64,000 bases of DNA from Holothuria leucospilota (taxonomy: Eukaryota): the NCBI GenBank assembly GCA_029531755.1, contig CM055969.1, forward strand, positions 23,623,285 to 23,687,284, in the 5' to 3' direction. The position numbers and the translations under genes are program-made. The stretch's first letter is position 1. The number at the start of each line of letters is the position of its first letter. The notes beneath the pieces were generated by a model. It had not been told where the DNA came from, searched no databases, and saw nothing but the letters and a program-made list of their open reading frames with translations. Shown piece by piece: positions 48,537 through 61,485 of the stretch.

Positions 48537-50125
48537 CACTTTGCTTGTTAACACGATATCTCAAGAAGGGAAACTCTGACAGTTCTCAAACTTGGTACAT
48601 AGATGCCCCATATTGAGAGGAAGAATCCTCTTGTTTTTGGTGGGGGTCAAAGGTCACCTGGGGTCACCGGAGGTCAAACCCTGAAAACTTTGTTAACACG
48701 ATATCTCAAGAAGGGAAACTCTGACTGTTCTCAAACTTGGTACATAGATGCCCGACATTGAGAGAAAGAACCCTATTGTTTTTGATGGGGGTCAAAGTCA
48801 CCTGGGGTCACCGGGGGTCAAACTCTGAAAACTTTGTTAACACGATATCTCAAGAAGGGAAGCTCTGACTGTTCTCAAACTTGGTACATAGATGCCCCAT
48901 ATTGAGAGGAAGAACCCTTTTGTTTTTGGTGGGGGTCAAAGGTCACCTGGGATCACCGGGGGTCAAACTTTGAAAACCTTGTTAACACAACATCTCGAGG
49001 TAGGAAGCCTGGATGAATTTCATACTTTGTATGTAGATGCGTTATGGTAAGAGGAAGAACCCTTTTATTTTTGGTGGAGGTGAAAGGTCATCTGGGGTCA
49101 CCGGGGGTCAAACCCTGAAAATCTTGTTAACACTGTAACTTGAGTTACAAAGCTTGGATGAATTTTATACTTTGTATGTAAATGCGTTATGGTAAGAGGA
49201 AGAACCCTATCTTTTTTGGTGGAGGTCAAAGGTCATTTGGGGGTCACCAGGGGTCAGACCCTAAAAACCTTGTTAACCTGATATCTTCAGGTAGGAAGCT
49301 TGGATAAATTTCATACTTTGTACGTAGATGCCTTATAGGTAGAGAAAGAACCCTATTATTTTTGGTGGGGTTCAAAGGCCATCTGGGGTCACCGGGGGTG
49401 AAACCTGAAAACCTGGTTAACACGATATCTCAAGGTAGGAAGCTTGAATAAGTTTCATACTTTGTATGTAGATGCTTTATAGTAAGAGGAAGAATACTAT
49501 CACTTTTGGTGGAGGTCAAAGTACATTTGGGGTCACTGGGGGTTAAACTCTGAAAATCTTGTTAACACGATACCTCCAGGTAGGAAGCTTGGATAGATTT
49601 CATACGTAGTATGTAGATGCGTTATAGTGAGAAGATGAATCCTATTATTTTTGGTGGAGGTCAAAGGTCATCTGGGATCACCAGAGGTCAATGTCTGAAA
49701 ACCTTGTCAAGAGGATATCTCCAGGTAGGAAGCTTGAATAGATTTCATACTTGGTAAATTGATGTTATAGTGAGAAGATGTACCCCATTGTTTTTGGTGG
49801 AGTTGAAAGGTCATCTAGGGTCACCAGGGGTCAAACACTGGAAACCTTGTTAACACAATTTCTCAAGGGAGAAAACTTGGATAGATTTTATGCTTAGTAT
49901 GTGGATGTGTTATGGTGAAAAGATGGACCCCATTGTTTTTGGGGGAGGTCAAAGGTCATCTGGGGTCACCAGAGGTAAAAAAAGCAAAATTTCCCAAGAA
50001 TTCCTAAGAATATTACATGGGTTCACCAGAGGTCAAAGAGCAAAATTTCCCGAGAATTCCCAAGATCGTCATCTGGGGTCACCAGAGTTCAAAACGCAAA
50101 TTCCCCAAGAATTCCCAAGACTAAA
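48537..50125. repeat. Intronic satellite in MARS1 intron 3: ~155-bp unit in about 10 copies, ending in three ~45-bp sub-repeats
   Basis: Unit ...TTGTTAACACGATATCTCAAGAAGGGAAACTCTGAC.GTTCTCAAACTTGGTACATAGATGCCCCATATTGAGAGGAAGAA.CCT.TTGTTTTTGGTGGGGGTCAAAGGTCACCTGGGGTCACCGGGGGTCAAAC.CTGAAAAC repeats with a 150-156 nt period and progressive divergence. It is unrelated to the satellite at 39375-40265. Confidence 0.85.
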
Positions 50126-50576
50126 TAGGAATACAAAACTGTATTTTTCCAACATGTTAAGATAGCATTTGACCATTGACTGAAAGAGATGGGACATCAT
50201 GGCTTTATTTGGAATAGAACATATATCATCGAAACCTCAATGAATTTTTGCATTCTGGTTATGTTATGTATTTCAACAGGCACAGAGATACTGTAACACA
50301 TAGACAAAGTTCTTTTTCTTTTTTCTTTTGATTTTTGGTTTCAGCTAACCGTATTAATCTACTTTTCACATTTGTGAATAGGAAGGACCATGTAAGAAAA
50401 AGATCAGAGCAGTTTGTGAACATCCAAACCTATACTTGTAAAGTATTAAGGTGGCATTGTAGCCTACTGAAGACTAGCATTGGTAAAATAACCAGCAACT
50501 CATTTTCACCAAGATCATAGAATTATACCAAGAACAAATACTTATTTACAAACCAATTGATTTGTTACCTTCACAG

Positions 50577-50696
50577 TCAGTACTGTCATCACATTTGCCC
50601 GTACTTTATGGAGGTGGGAAAGCAGATGTACAGAATTTACAGCCTTGCTTGAAGAAAGTTGAGGATACTCTCAGTGGAACACAGTTTCTAGTTCAG
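50577..50696 (+). CDS. MARS1: MetRS exon 4 (SVLSSHLPVLYGGGKADVQNLQPCLKKVEDTLSGTQFLVQ)
   Basis: Acceptor tcacag, donor GTGAGT, phase 0 at both ends. Aligns with human [45 protein letters not shown]. Confidence 0.8.
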
Positions 50697-51569
50697 GTGA
50701 GTTATCTGCCTTGGCAATACCATAGTAGATAAATTGATATTACAGAATATGACCAGAGACCTCTGTATTTTGCCAAAAATGGGAGATTGAATATCTCCTA
50801 CAGTGTGTAATATTAGCCCCACTCAGGCGTCAATCCGTAGTCAAATGTGGGGGGACGGGGGACATATATGACTTAGCACAAACCAATCCCTTTGGTTTTG
50901 AAGAAGGGGGTGTCTTTCTTTAGGCACTTGCCTCCTCCCCCCCCCCCCCCCTTATGATGGCTGATGCCCTATTCTAATAAGAATTACCATTTCAAAGTTA
51001 ACTTGACCATCATAGATGATCTGCCAGGTGAAATACACAGAGTCCACGGGATTTTAATTTTTCCGACTGACTGGATGTTTTTACGAACTGCAGTGGCGGC
51101 GCGTAAATTGCACCTTTTTTTATGCACCCTGCGTTTGAATATAGCAGTGGGGATCCTTCCTTTGTCACTTTATAAAGGTGTCATCCTGGGGGAGGGGTCT
51201 AAGGGGAGGGGGTATCCCCCTTTGAGAAATTTTTGTTAATTTAAGGTTGCTTATATGCAAAACTTTAAAAAATACCAAAAATATGCTCAGGGGGGCTGCT
51301 GGGGCCCTTAGTGTTGATATTTTTATTCAATTCCTGTTTTGAGAGTAGAAATTCACACTGATTGAACTGTTAAGAAATGTTGATGTTATATTCTCTTCGT
51401 TTTTTCTTTATATTTTTTCGTTTTTCAAGTTTTGGATTTTCTAGTTGGCAAGTGCCTCCCTTGCCCCCCTCTGGATGCCCATGGGTGAAGCGCTCGGTAA
51501 AAATTTTTGAAAAATGTTTAACGGCAACAACGTACTTTCAACCTTCCACATCATGCTACAAATTAGACT

Positions 51570-52005
51570 GAATGCAGCGGCGTACCCAGGATTTCTCTCT
51601 TGCATTAAAAAATTTAAATACTTTTAGGAAATAAAAAATAGGCATCAGTGAGGGGGGCATGGCCCAGTGGGGTGTCCCCCTCCCCTTTGAAAAATTTTGA
51701 AACATTTGGTGTCCTTATGTGCAATCTGGTGCCAAATATGCTACCTTTTGAAGTAAATTTGTGTTAAAAAATTTACATATTTTTAGGAACTAAAAAAATA
51801 GGCATCAGTGAAGGGGCATGGCCCAGTGGGGTGCCCCCTCCCCTTTGAAAAATTTTGAACAATTTGGTGTCCTTACATGGAACCTGGTGCCAAATATGCT
51901 ACCTTTTATAGTAAATTTGTGGTAAAAAATTTACGTTAGGAACTTAAAAAAATCGGAATCAGTGAGGGGGGGGCATGGCCGAATGGCCCTCCCCTCTGGG
52001 TACGC
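51570..52005. mobile_element. MITE-like element with CAGCGGCGTACCCAGG / CTGGGTACGCCACTG termini and 2.5 internal ~190-bp tandem units
   Basis: Inverted termini at 51575-51595 and 51985-52000. Internal units ..AAAAATAGGCATCAGTGAGGGGGGCATGGCCCAGTGGGGTG(T)CCCCCTCCCCTTTGAAAAATTTTGAA.. repeat. A related copy in reverse orientation lies at 36100-36360. Confidence 0.6.
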
Positions 52006-52129
52006 CACTGATTGAATGATCCCATATTGATGCGAGGCACCTTCAGATGTTTGGAGATGTATGTCTGTTTTCGGAGAGTTTTGTGATCAGAATAGTTCCA
52101 TGTATAATTACCTTTTTAATGGTCATGAG

Positions 52130-52460
52130 AAGGAGTGCAAACTGTGACGCATGCGCGTGAAGCACGCCAAAATTTTATCATTAAATAAGTTAGGTAGTTA
52201 GATGAGATTTAACGACACACCAACACGTATGTGTTGTATAGTGTCAGTCAACTCGATAAAAAGTTCAAAGTTTAAATTTGTTTTCAAGTATGGTTCAAGT
52301 TCAAGTTTGGTTTCCCTTTAGTCGCCTCTTACGACAGGCGGGAAATACCGTGGGCATATTCTACAACCCCCAGCCCACAGGGGGAGATTTCCCTGACAAA
52401 ATCTGCATCGAGACACTTAACAATTGCCCAACAAACCTACATGCCACTCAAAAAGCCAGT
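52130..52460. repeat. Dispersed repeat, copy B, carrying an internal ~170-bp insertion relative to copy A
   Basis: Same two conserved blocks as 1150-1310. Confidence 0.7.
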
Positions 52461-53495
52461 CAAATAGAGCCACGACACTACTCTTTTATGCAAATGTGGG
52501 GGGTATTTGATATTGTGTCCCCCACCCATCAAAATGTGGGGGGCTTGTCCCCCTGTCCCCCCCCCCCCCAGGATTAATGCCCATGGCCCCACTGAAAGCT
52601 CTACTGCACAGATTGGTTCTTAAATAACTGTCAATTACCTTCTAATAGTAAAAGGAGACTCTAGTTCAATAGTACCAAATACTGTATACTTTAGCATGCA
52701 GAATGTATCAGAAATAGAACATTTGCTCAGTAGTAGAGAAGATAAGTTTGCAATCATATGGTGGCTAGGTCAGTTAATGATTTACATGCAGGGATTAAGC
52801 CTACAACTGGCAGTACTTTTGGTAGACAATATTCTATGATGTGAGGAATTCTTACTCCTCAAGTGCATTGACAACTGACCATCTATTGGCCAGACTGGCC
52901 ATCATGATTCAGTAGAATTATGTACGGTGATACAAATATTTCATTTAACCTTCCTAAACAAACTAACACAAAATTTGGGGGATAAAATTCTCTAGTCAAT
53001 GATAAATATATATGAGGTTTAGTTTAACATGGGGTTAAGTTACAAACAATTCTAAGCATTGACTGTGCCTTGTAATACAGTGCCTTGTAATACAGTGCTT
53101 ACAAACAAAAAGGGGTCAAATGCTGTTTATAGTGAAATGGCTCCATGCTTGTATATACTTGTATGCATTCCTTAGGTCTCTGGATAAAATTCCTTCAAAA
53201 CCGTCTGGAAGTTTTTGGGGGACTTAATTATTTATTCAGTGGAGCTGTTTACAGTGGTGCTGAGGGGGTTTCAAACTAGTAAGTCAAAGGGGTTTCTAGC
53301 TATAAGATTGAGGTCTTGTCTTCCTATCGTAGGACCAAAGCTGAGTTTGGTTTTGGACTCAAATTACATTGGTATTTTGTTAACTCAACAATGTAACATT
53401 TTCTTCATGCGCTAGTCCTCAGCTTTATTAGATTTGTTGAAACATGAGAGTATGATGGGTTTGTGACCATGTGACTTTAAAATGTTTCTTTCCAG

Positions 53496-53762
53496 GATAA
53501 GCTAACAGCAGCTGACATCTGTGTATTTGGTGCCCTCTATCCTCTATATGCCATCAACCCATCTTGCTTTGAGAAACATTCAAAGCTTAGTTCCTGGTTT
53601 ACCAAACTGTCATCTGATCCAGCATTTGATACTTCAGTTACCTCAATTACGAAAGGAAAGGGTAGCTCTTCTTTGAAAGCTTCCATTTTGGCACAACCTG
53701 TGGTGAACCCTCTTCCATCAAGGAAGAGTTCTTCAAAACAACCAGAGGAACCATCAGCAGAG
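53496..53762 (+). CDS. MARS1: MetRS exon 5 (DKLTAADICVFGALYPLYAINPSCFEKHSKLSSWFTKLSSDPAFDTS...QPEEPSAE; end of GST-like domain and linker)
   Basis: Acceptor tttccag, donor GTAAGC. 89 in-frame codons. Aligns with human [39 protein letters not shown]... Confidence 0.8.
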
Positions 53763-53908
53763 GTAAGCTATGTATCCTTGGACCAGCCATTTCTCCTGGT
53801 GTTACAGGAAGTAAATGTAGGGAAGGGTTGATGGTAATTCTGTAGTGAAGGTGGTTTCCCAAATAGCTTCAATAATTTTTGTAGCGTTAGCATCATAGTG
53901 CTTAAAGC

Positions 53909-54281
53909 CAGTGGCATAGCTAGATATTTTTTTTTTTTGGGGGGGGGGAAGGGGGAGGCAAAAGCAAAAACTTTCCGACAGATTATTATCTTGAAGTAAT
54001 GATGTACTATCTAAGTGTAGTGCCACCATCATCTGGCGTGTAGCGCGCCAAAAAATTAGATTAAAATATCTTCAAGATTGCCTTAAATGACACTTCCAGG
54101 CCTTGTCAGTAACCATTTCGATGTGTAATTCTGCTTAAAAACATAAGAAGTGTTGTAAGTGTTTCAAATGAATTGTTTTTATTTATTTCCGACAGAGACC
54201 AGAAATTTCTGACAGAGGCCTTTGGAGGCTTTGTGGGGGGGTGACCGCCCCCATTCCCCCCCCCCTCTAGCTACGCCACTG
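53909..54281. mobile_element. hAT-like MITE (373 bp) with 8-bp TSD CTTAAAGC
   Basis: TIRs CAGTGGCATAGCTAGA / TCTAGCTACGCCACTG. Perfect 8-bp direct repeats at 53901-53908 and 54282-54289. A degenerate relative with the same ...CTCTAGCTATGCCACT terminus lies at about 4855-5030. Confidence 0.7.
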
Positions 54282-55892
54282 CTTAAAGCGGTGTCAAAAT
54301 TGCTGATTTAGAATGTTTCAGTAATACCTGTTTAACATCTACTAGTTGTGTGCAGTACTGTATTACAGTGGGAAGAGTCAATGGACAATACTATTTATCA
54401 TTACTTTTTACTTGTGTTCACTCTTTCACACAGTATGTTTGACATTGGGAATTGGCCAAATCAGGAAAAAAGTTTTTGTAGATTTGTGATTTGACTGTAT
54501 CTCACAACAATCAATTAATACTGTCATGTCATTTAAAGGACCAAGTGCCTCATCCCACAAAGTCAAAATTCTCCTAACTATTAAAGTTTTTTTTCTAGCC
54601 TCCCCTTCACCTGCAAAGAGTATCTGTCAACTGTACCGCCCAGACAAAGCTAGCATTTACTAAGCTTAACTACTCAAGGTCATTATCTGGAAAGGACACT
54701 ACTGTGTGTGACTGTAATGTGTCTGTATTAATCCAACCTGTCAGTTGCTGTATCCAGTGGGCTATGCAACATCACAAGTCATCACATATCACACAGAATA
54801 GATGATATTTGCAACTATTGTTTGAATTCATGCCAGTCAAATACAGTCACTATTTGTGGATCTAGATACCTGGGTTCATAAGTATGTTTGAGTTGATGCG
54901 AGAACGTATTTTGTACAAGTTAAAACTATTTCCGACAAAAATTCTGAAACTTTACAAATAGTGCAATTAATTAATCAAGTATGAGTCCTAGCCCAGTAGA
55001 AAGTCTCCTGGGGAGGTAATTCACTAATATTTGTGTAAGTTCTTGCTTGAGTCAAAATACCTACATGCTGCATAAAAACTTTCTTCAGTGGTATTCGTGA
55101 ATATGACTTATTCAGTCCTTAGAAAAAATGCTGCATAACTGCAATACATACTGTACATGAGTCAATCGTGTATGGGGTTCCATCTTGTTTTGTCACATCT
55201 TTAGCCAATCACATTGGCTGTTATTAATAAAACCATGCACATGGTCTTCTGTGGTTACATCATACATGAGAAGTCCTATGTCATGCAAAACTATTTTGTA
55301 TAGCATGCCTCTATGTGTTTCTATGGCTTTTTGTACTTGTAACAACTCTGAAGCTTGCATAAAGCTGCACAGAATATTTCCCTTTGTGAGTATTGACTAA
55401 TGAAGATGCTGTACAGTGTGTATGTCAGACTTATGCAAGTTTAAGTATGTTGATATGCTTTGTGAATCTGGACCCTGGTTCTTAGGATAAGCACTGCCTG
55501 TTACAGTAGATATATACTATCCACCATATTGATTACTGAAAAATTTCAGTTGTTAATTTGCCTTCTGTGTATGTGCTCTTCTCCTTAGGAAAAGATTTTT
55601 CTATCATAGTTTACTTTGTTATGTTTTTTGTGGATTTCCCAAGTCCTCTTTCAACCCTGGTTATCCATATTGTTTTCTAGGAATCTTTACATCTCCCATT
55701 TTTAGTAATTTTTTTGGAACATAATTTGCAGACCCTTTGGGGGCGGATGTAATGTTGTACATGCATATTTTGGTGTCAGAGGATTGTTTGTTGTAATAGT
55801 GAAGTATTTTGCTTTAATATATGTTCCTGGCATCTGTCTTGGTACAATTTTTAGATACTTTTGGATGTTTGGTATTTCTTTTGTTATTAAAG

Positions 55893-55999
55893 GAAGAAGT
55901 TGCAGAAGAATTTTCTTTTGAGGAGGTCAGAGCAGCCCAGGAAACATTCCAGTCGGGAAAGAAAAATGCTCCAAAACCTCAAGAGAGACATCATCCCAT
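55893..55999 (+). CDS. MARS1: MetRS exon 6 (EEVAEEFSFEEVRAAQETFQSGKKNAPKPQERHHP-)
   Basis: Both boundaries were checked against ORF track 55821..56003: acceptor ttaaag|gaa, donor cccat|GTAAGT. Acidic linker as in human [20 protein letters not shown]... Confidence 0.75.
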
Positions 56000-56883
56000 G
56001 TAAGTAAAGATGTCATGCAGTGTTACAAATGAAAGTTGAACTTTCTAAATTATTGTTCCTGCACAAACCTGTAGTGCTCTGTGATATTATCTGTGCAGAG
56101 TGCAAAGTCAGAGAGCTTTCATCTCATGTTGAGGACATGAAGCCTTGAGGGGGGGAGGGGGGGGGGGAAGAGGTGCATGTGGAAAATATATTTTCATCAC
56201 AATAGTATACAGTTTTGGAGCTATTTGAGCATAAAGTAACAAAGCTTTTTTATGTCTAGGGTAACAGAGTACATCTTTTCCCCAAAAATTCTAGGAGAAA
56301 TGTCCCCATGCACTTCCGGAATCAGCTTCTGCTATACAGATTGTTTCTACGAAACTTTTGTACTTGTTTGTAATTGCTTTGGAATGTGTGCAACATTGGT
56401 ATTTTATTATACACATTTTGCTATGATGTCACACTCAATTCATCTTGAATTTTGTTGGAATTTCATTGTCGTATTATATTTAAACACCATACAGGATAGC
56501 CAAAATTTAGACAAGAAAATCTTTTTGACTCATTGTACCCAAATTACATTGCATTTTGTATTCCATGCTCTCACCAAAGGAAGAGTTTGCCGAAGCCCAC
56601 TGATCTTCAGGCAGGGATAATTCCAGTTAGAAAAAAAAAACCCTGGGAGGAAATGAAGGGTGAGGAAATAGGTTGGAAAGGTAGTAGAAAAGTATGGTAT
56701 TCTTTGAATGAATCCTAAGTTCTTGTATGCTTACAAAAAGTTCTAGAAGTCACCTTGGTAATAATGGTTATCTTGAGCTTTTGCTCACTAGGCCTCTGCA
56801 AAAAATTAAAGGGAGCCAATTCTTTCAAGTGGGATAATATTATACATTGTAATCTTGATTTTTTTCTCTTCCTTCCTTGAAAG

Positions 56884-57000
56884 ACTTCCTAAGAAAGGCA
56901 GGAAGAATGTCTTAATAACCAGTGCCTTGCCATACGTGAACAACATTCCTCATCTTGGTAATATTGTGGGATGTGTCCTTAGTGCCGATGTGTTTTCAAG
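56884..57000 (+). CDS. MARS1: MetRS exon 7: start of catalytic Rossmann fold with the HIGH-region motif ([40 protein letters not shown])
   Basis: Near-identical to human [32 protein letters not shown] (class I aaRS HIGH signature, here P-H-L-G-N). Acceptor ttgaaag, donor GTAAGA. Confidence 0.9.
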
Positions 57001-57480
57001 GTAAGACAATGAGTGACTTTTGTAAAAATCTTTCAAACTGTAAGAGGGCCCGAACTTGAACATATCACTTCCAAAGCCTTGGAAGTGCCTAAATTTAAAT
57101 GGGTCACTTACAAAGCCCTGAAAGTGCTTGAATTTTAATGGGATGCTTTCAAGCCCTGGTCTCTTTCAAAGTCTTGAAAGCGCATGGACTTTGTTATTAC
57201 ATTCAGTGATGATGGAAAAACTGTTATTTAACCTTATTTTCCTCTTTGGATGTGCCTGCATCCTCCTCATATTTGTATCATCCATGTATTCATCGTCAGA
57301 GACTTCCCTTTAGGATTAATAGCAGGACAAATCAGAAGATGGATATACCAGGATGAATTGTGTGTTAGCTTCAGATTGGTTCTAGTCCTTGAGAATACTC
57401 TGTTGAACTGTACAACAGTGTTTTATCTAATCTCCCTCTTCTTCAAAGTTTCAGACAAACAACTGACCTTCCAAAAGAAA

Positions 57481-57612
57481 CCAAATTTGATCTAAGTTGT
57501 TGAAATGGTTAGCCACCCAATGTGAAGTTGTAATTCACAAGCCATAGGCTTCTTCCACACCTGTGGTTGCTTAGCATCATTAAACAACTACCCTTCAAGG
57601 CCTGAATTATAA
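57481..57612 (+). mobile_element. SINE family A, 3' body fragment, in MARS1 intron 7
   Basis: ..GGTTAGCCACCCAATGTGAAGTTGTAATTCACAAGCCATAGGCTTCTTCCACACCTGTGGTTGCTTAGCATC.. matches the SINE A body. Confidence 0.7.
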
Positions 57613-57776
57613 GAGAAGTGAAAGCAGAACAATGTTTGACCAAAAAGTTTTCGTTAATAGCAAATTTGTAAATGATAAACATGGTTCACAATTTGATACG
57701 ACAAGCATGTTCAGTTCCATTCATGAAAAAAGTAAGATGTTTTTTTTTTTTTCACGTTTTGTTCCCTCTTTACCAG

Positions 57777-57980
57777 GTTTTGCAGGCTTCGTAATTACAA
57801 CGTTTTATACATCTGTGGAACTGATGAATATGGAACAGCTACAGAGACCAAAGCCTTGGAGGAAGGCCTCACACCACAAGAGATTTGTGACAAGTACTTT
57901 AAGCTCCATGACCAAGTATATAGGTGGTTTAACATTGGTTTTGACTTCTTTGGTAGGACCACAACAAAAAAGCAGACAGA
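57777..57980 (+). CDS. MARS1: MetRS exon 8 ([69 protein letters not shown])
   Basis: About 80% identical to human [63 protein letters not shown]. Acceptor taccag, donor GTAAGT. Confidence 0.9.
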
Positions 57981-58407
57981 GTAAGTGCATGTTAAAAAAA
58001 AGATTGCATATTAAATTACAGGATAAGTGAGACTTGTTACATGTGGCAATAATAATTCAGGTCTTGAAGTAGTAACTTTTTGCCACTATTTCACTTGTGT
58101 CAGAAAAGCTGCAGTATAAAATGCTGCATGGCTACACCTATTACAATATAGTATTAAGATGAAAGTAATCCTGCTATTGTAACAAAACATGGCTGCAGCA
58201 GCTGCAGCTAAGCCTAGGAGACTGCAGCTTGGCTGAGGTATCTGCAACATAATGGGTGAAGTAACTGCAGTTTGGCTGTTTTGACATGGTTCCACATAGT
58301 GGCCATAAAGGTGAGAGAAGCCCACAAGGACCATGGGCTTCCAATTTTACATTTTTAGATCTAGTTTGGAATTTTTTCAATTTTGGTCATTTTAGATGGG
58401 AAAAATG

Positions 58408-58525
58408 TAGATTGCTCTGAATGAAAACCTTTACTGTGGTATAGCTGGGGATTGAACCCCCTATTTCCCAGTTGCTAAGCTTTATTGCTTCAAATGCTAC
58501 TGCCTATCTCCACTCAGCTATAGAA
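58408..58525 (-). mobile_element. SINE family A, tRNA-like head fragment, in MARS1 intron 8
   Basis: Reverse complement of the tRNA-like head (GGGGATTGAACCCCC B box, GCTTCAAATGCTAC). Confidence 0.65.
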
Positions 58526-58721
58526 ATAGTGTATTAACTACACCAGTATGGATATTTTGTTGTAACGGAATTCTTTGTCCAGTCTAGGATGCTTTCATTC
58601 ATCCGTCCGTCCATCCATCTGTTTGTCTGTTCATTTTTAGTTCACATTTGTTATATCATCTGATGTAGATGTAGATGACTTTATAATTCTTTTTTCTTTT
58701 TTTGTTTTTTGTTATTGAAAG

Positions 58722-58923
58722 AATTGCTCAGGACATTTTCTGGAGGTTACACAAAGCAGACCACCTGCTGCCAGAAACAGTAGAACAGCTGAAATGTGAA
58801 ACGTGTAACAGATACTTAGCAGATAGGTTTGTGGAAGGGACATGTCCGCTTTGTAACTATGACGATGCCAGAGGGGACCAGTGTGACAAGTGTGGCAAAC
58901 TGATCAATGCAACAGAATTAAAA
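58722..58923 (+). CDS. MARS1: MetRS exon 9: connective peptide with zinc knuckle ([67 protein letters not shown])
   Basis: Frame and both ends checked against ORF track 58702..59061. The C-x2-C...C-x2-C zinc motif and [15 protein letters not shown] match human MARS1. Donor GTAGGT at 58924. Confidence 0.9.
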
Positions 58924-60538
58924 GTAGGTTCTCATCTTCAGACTTTCTTCCAGTTTGTTTTTGTATTGATACCAAGAAAGCTATTTTGTCGTAAGTTTTC
59001 ATTTAATATTAAACATGTGGTAGTTCTTGATTGTCTGGAAGGGCCATGTGATGAGTTTTAAAATGTCACCGCGGGCCTGTAGGCTAGCATGCTGAAGAGA
59101 AGAATATCACTCAATTCCCCCCACCCCTGCCCACCTTCCATAAAGACATAATGTACCCAAGGCTAGAAATGGTAATGTTCATGTTTCACTGACATCATTG
59201 CTTGCCTTAATCACTTCTTGAAAATGGCATATGACCTTATTAGTTTTATATAAGTGCCAAAGTTATATTTATTGGTTCATTACCAGTTTACGTTGCCTTG
59301 GGCTTGGTCTCCTTGCTAGCCAGGTTTGATCTGTTGGTTGCCATTTTAGAACCCCAGATGGAAACCATTAGTAACATTTCAAGAGTTAATCCTGTGTCAT
59401 GACATTTGAAATATTCACGTGTTTGTTACATTGACGTTACAGTTTAAAGGGTGTGTAGCATACAAGGTGTGAGTTGCGTAATACTGCTTGTGATAAAGTG
59501 TGTTGAAAAGACCAAACATGTATGGTACATTATTAAACACCAAATCTAGTATCACAATGTCTACAATTTTGATATTTTATTATCATACAGTTGGTAGAAA
59601 AGTCCAAATGTTCTTAAAACCGAAATTTTGAAATTCAAATGTTTGTTTATGAGGGTTATTTTGCATAAGTAAATTAAATCCTTGTCATAGCAAAGAAATG
59701 CATTGCCCAATTTCTGTTGTTAACGGTTGTCTTGGAAACCATAGGAAATTGTTCCTGTCTGCTGTCTTGTACTGTAATGGACCAAAGTGGTATCCACTGT
59801 TTGAGAGACAAGTTTTACAAGCTAAAACTTAGCAAGCTTTATCAGTATCTAATGGGAGTTATTATATAGTTATCATGCCAAGTTAATATATTCCACATAC
59901 CATTATAAACAGGGGAGCTGCCATCAATATGAATTGGATGTATCATGTGACAAGCAAAGAGATAGCTGTTGCGATAGCTGAAGATGAATATCTTCATTTA
60001 TATGGTGATGTGGTACCTTAGATACACAAATTGCTTATCAGTCAGCTCTGCGTTGATTGGCACCACATTTGTACAGTAATATGCCAAATCTCTGTAAATT
60101 TATGGTTTGTTTTTAATGAATATGTAAGAAATAATTCCCAGTGAATAGTAACAACTAATTTGCTCAATTTATTGGAAAAGTATTTAAAATGTTTAGGCTG
60201 TAAGCTGGAAAGTGTGTACTGTCATGGTGTGGTTCATGTATTTTTCTGTGTTGATTCTGATCAGTTTCATGTTCTTGTGTTCCTTATCGAGTTTTCTTCT
60301 AAAGTTTTTCTTCATGCCTTGGTACCTGGCAAATTGCACAGAAATACAGAAAAAAAACAGAGATTCAACCCACATGATTGTTTTGAAGTGCTCTTTTTAC
60401 TTTATTTATCATTCCCTTGGCACCATCCTGCATTATCGCCCAACAGAATAATCCAAGTCTTCAACTACAATCAAATTTGTTAAACCAAAGTTATATCATG
60501 CACTGCTGTTTCTCTCATAAAATGTCTTTTTTTCCCAG

Positions 60539-60880
60539 AATCCTCGCTGCAAGGTTTGTAACAACACCCCTGTCGTCAAGAGCTCTGATCATCTTTTCCT
60601 AAATCTGCCGAAGCTAGAAGCTCAGCTTCAAAATTTCCTGGACGAGTCCACAGCTAAAGGGGACTGGACATCAAATGCCAAATTGATTACATCATCTTGG
60701 ATACGTGACGGTCTCAAGCCAAGGTGCATCACCAGGGACTTGCAATGGGGAACCCCCGTACCACTAGAGCCATACACCAGCAAAGTATTCTATGTATGGT
60801 TTGATGCACCCATAGGGTACCCCTCTATTACTGCCAACTATACCAGTCAGTGGGAAAAATGGTGGAAGAATCCTGATGAG
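60539..60880 (+). CDS. MARS1: MetRS exon 10 ([30 protein letters not shown]...[61 protein letters not shown])
   Basis: End checked against ORF track 60683..60886 (donor GTATGA at 60881). Strong match to human ...[63 protein letters not shown]. Confidence 0.9.
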
Positions 60881-61367
60881 GTATGAACATTGGAGACAAG
60901 TTTGTTGTTTAAAATATCTGCACTGTGATAGAAATCGATTTGCCTTTTATATATTTCTATGTGGTAAATTTGGCATTACTGTTAAACATAACTTATCTAT
61001 TAATAGCAGTTTAATTCTAAAGTTTATGACTTAAGCCTTCTGTGCAGTAACACTGATAGTGTTATAATTTCAGGGGCGTACATTAAATTGCTTATGAAAG
61101 TGCCGAGAGGAATGGGAGGAAGGGGTCAAAGGGTAAAGGCCAGTTGAAATTAACAAAAACAAGAAGGAGAACCAATGTGTAAATGTAATATAGGAGGGGC
61201 AAAAGGTGTCAGTCCCTTGTCTCCAATGTTAATGCACAATGCTGTATTTTTCACTTTCTAAGGGTGTTACACAGTTGCTTCTTACAAACTAATTTGCAGT
61301 TTTGTCTCTTAGTTTATTTTTCATGTATGCTCAGTGGCTTACTCTTTGTTTCTTGATCTTGTTGTAG

Positions 61368-61485
61368 GTGCAGTTGTACAACTTCATGGCCAAGGACAAC
61401 GTACCATTTCACAGTGTAGTGTTTCCCTGCTCTTTACTAGGAGCTGACGACAACTGGACCTTAGTGAATCATCTAATTGCCACAG
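61368..61485 (+). CDS. MARS1: MetRS exon 11 ([39 protein letters not shown]-)
   Basis: Matches human [39 protein letters not shown]. Acceptor ttgtag, donor GTATCA. Confidence 0.85.
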
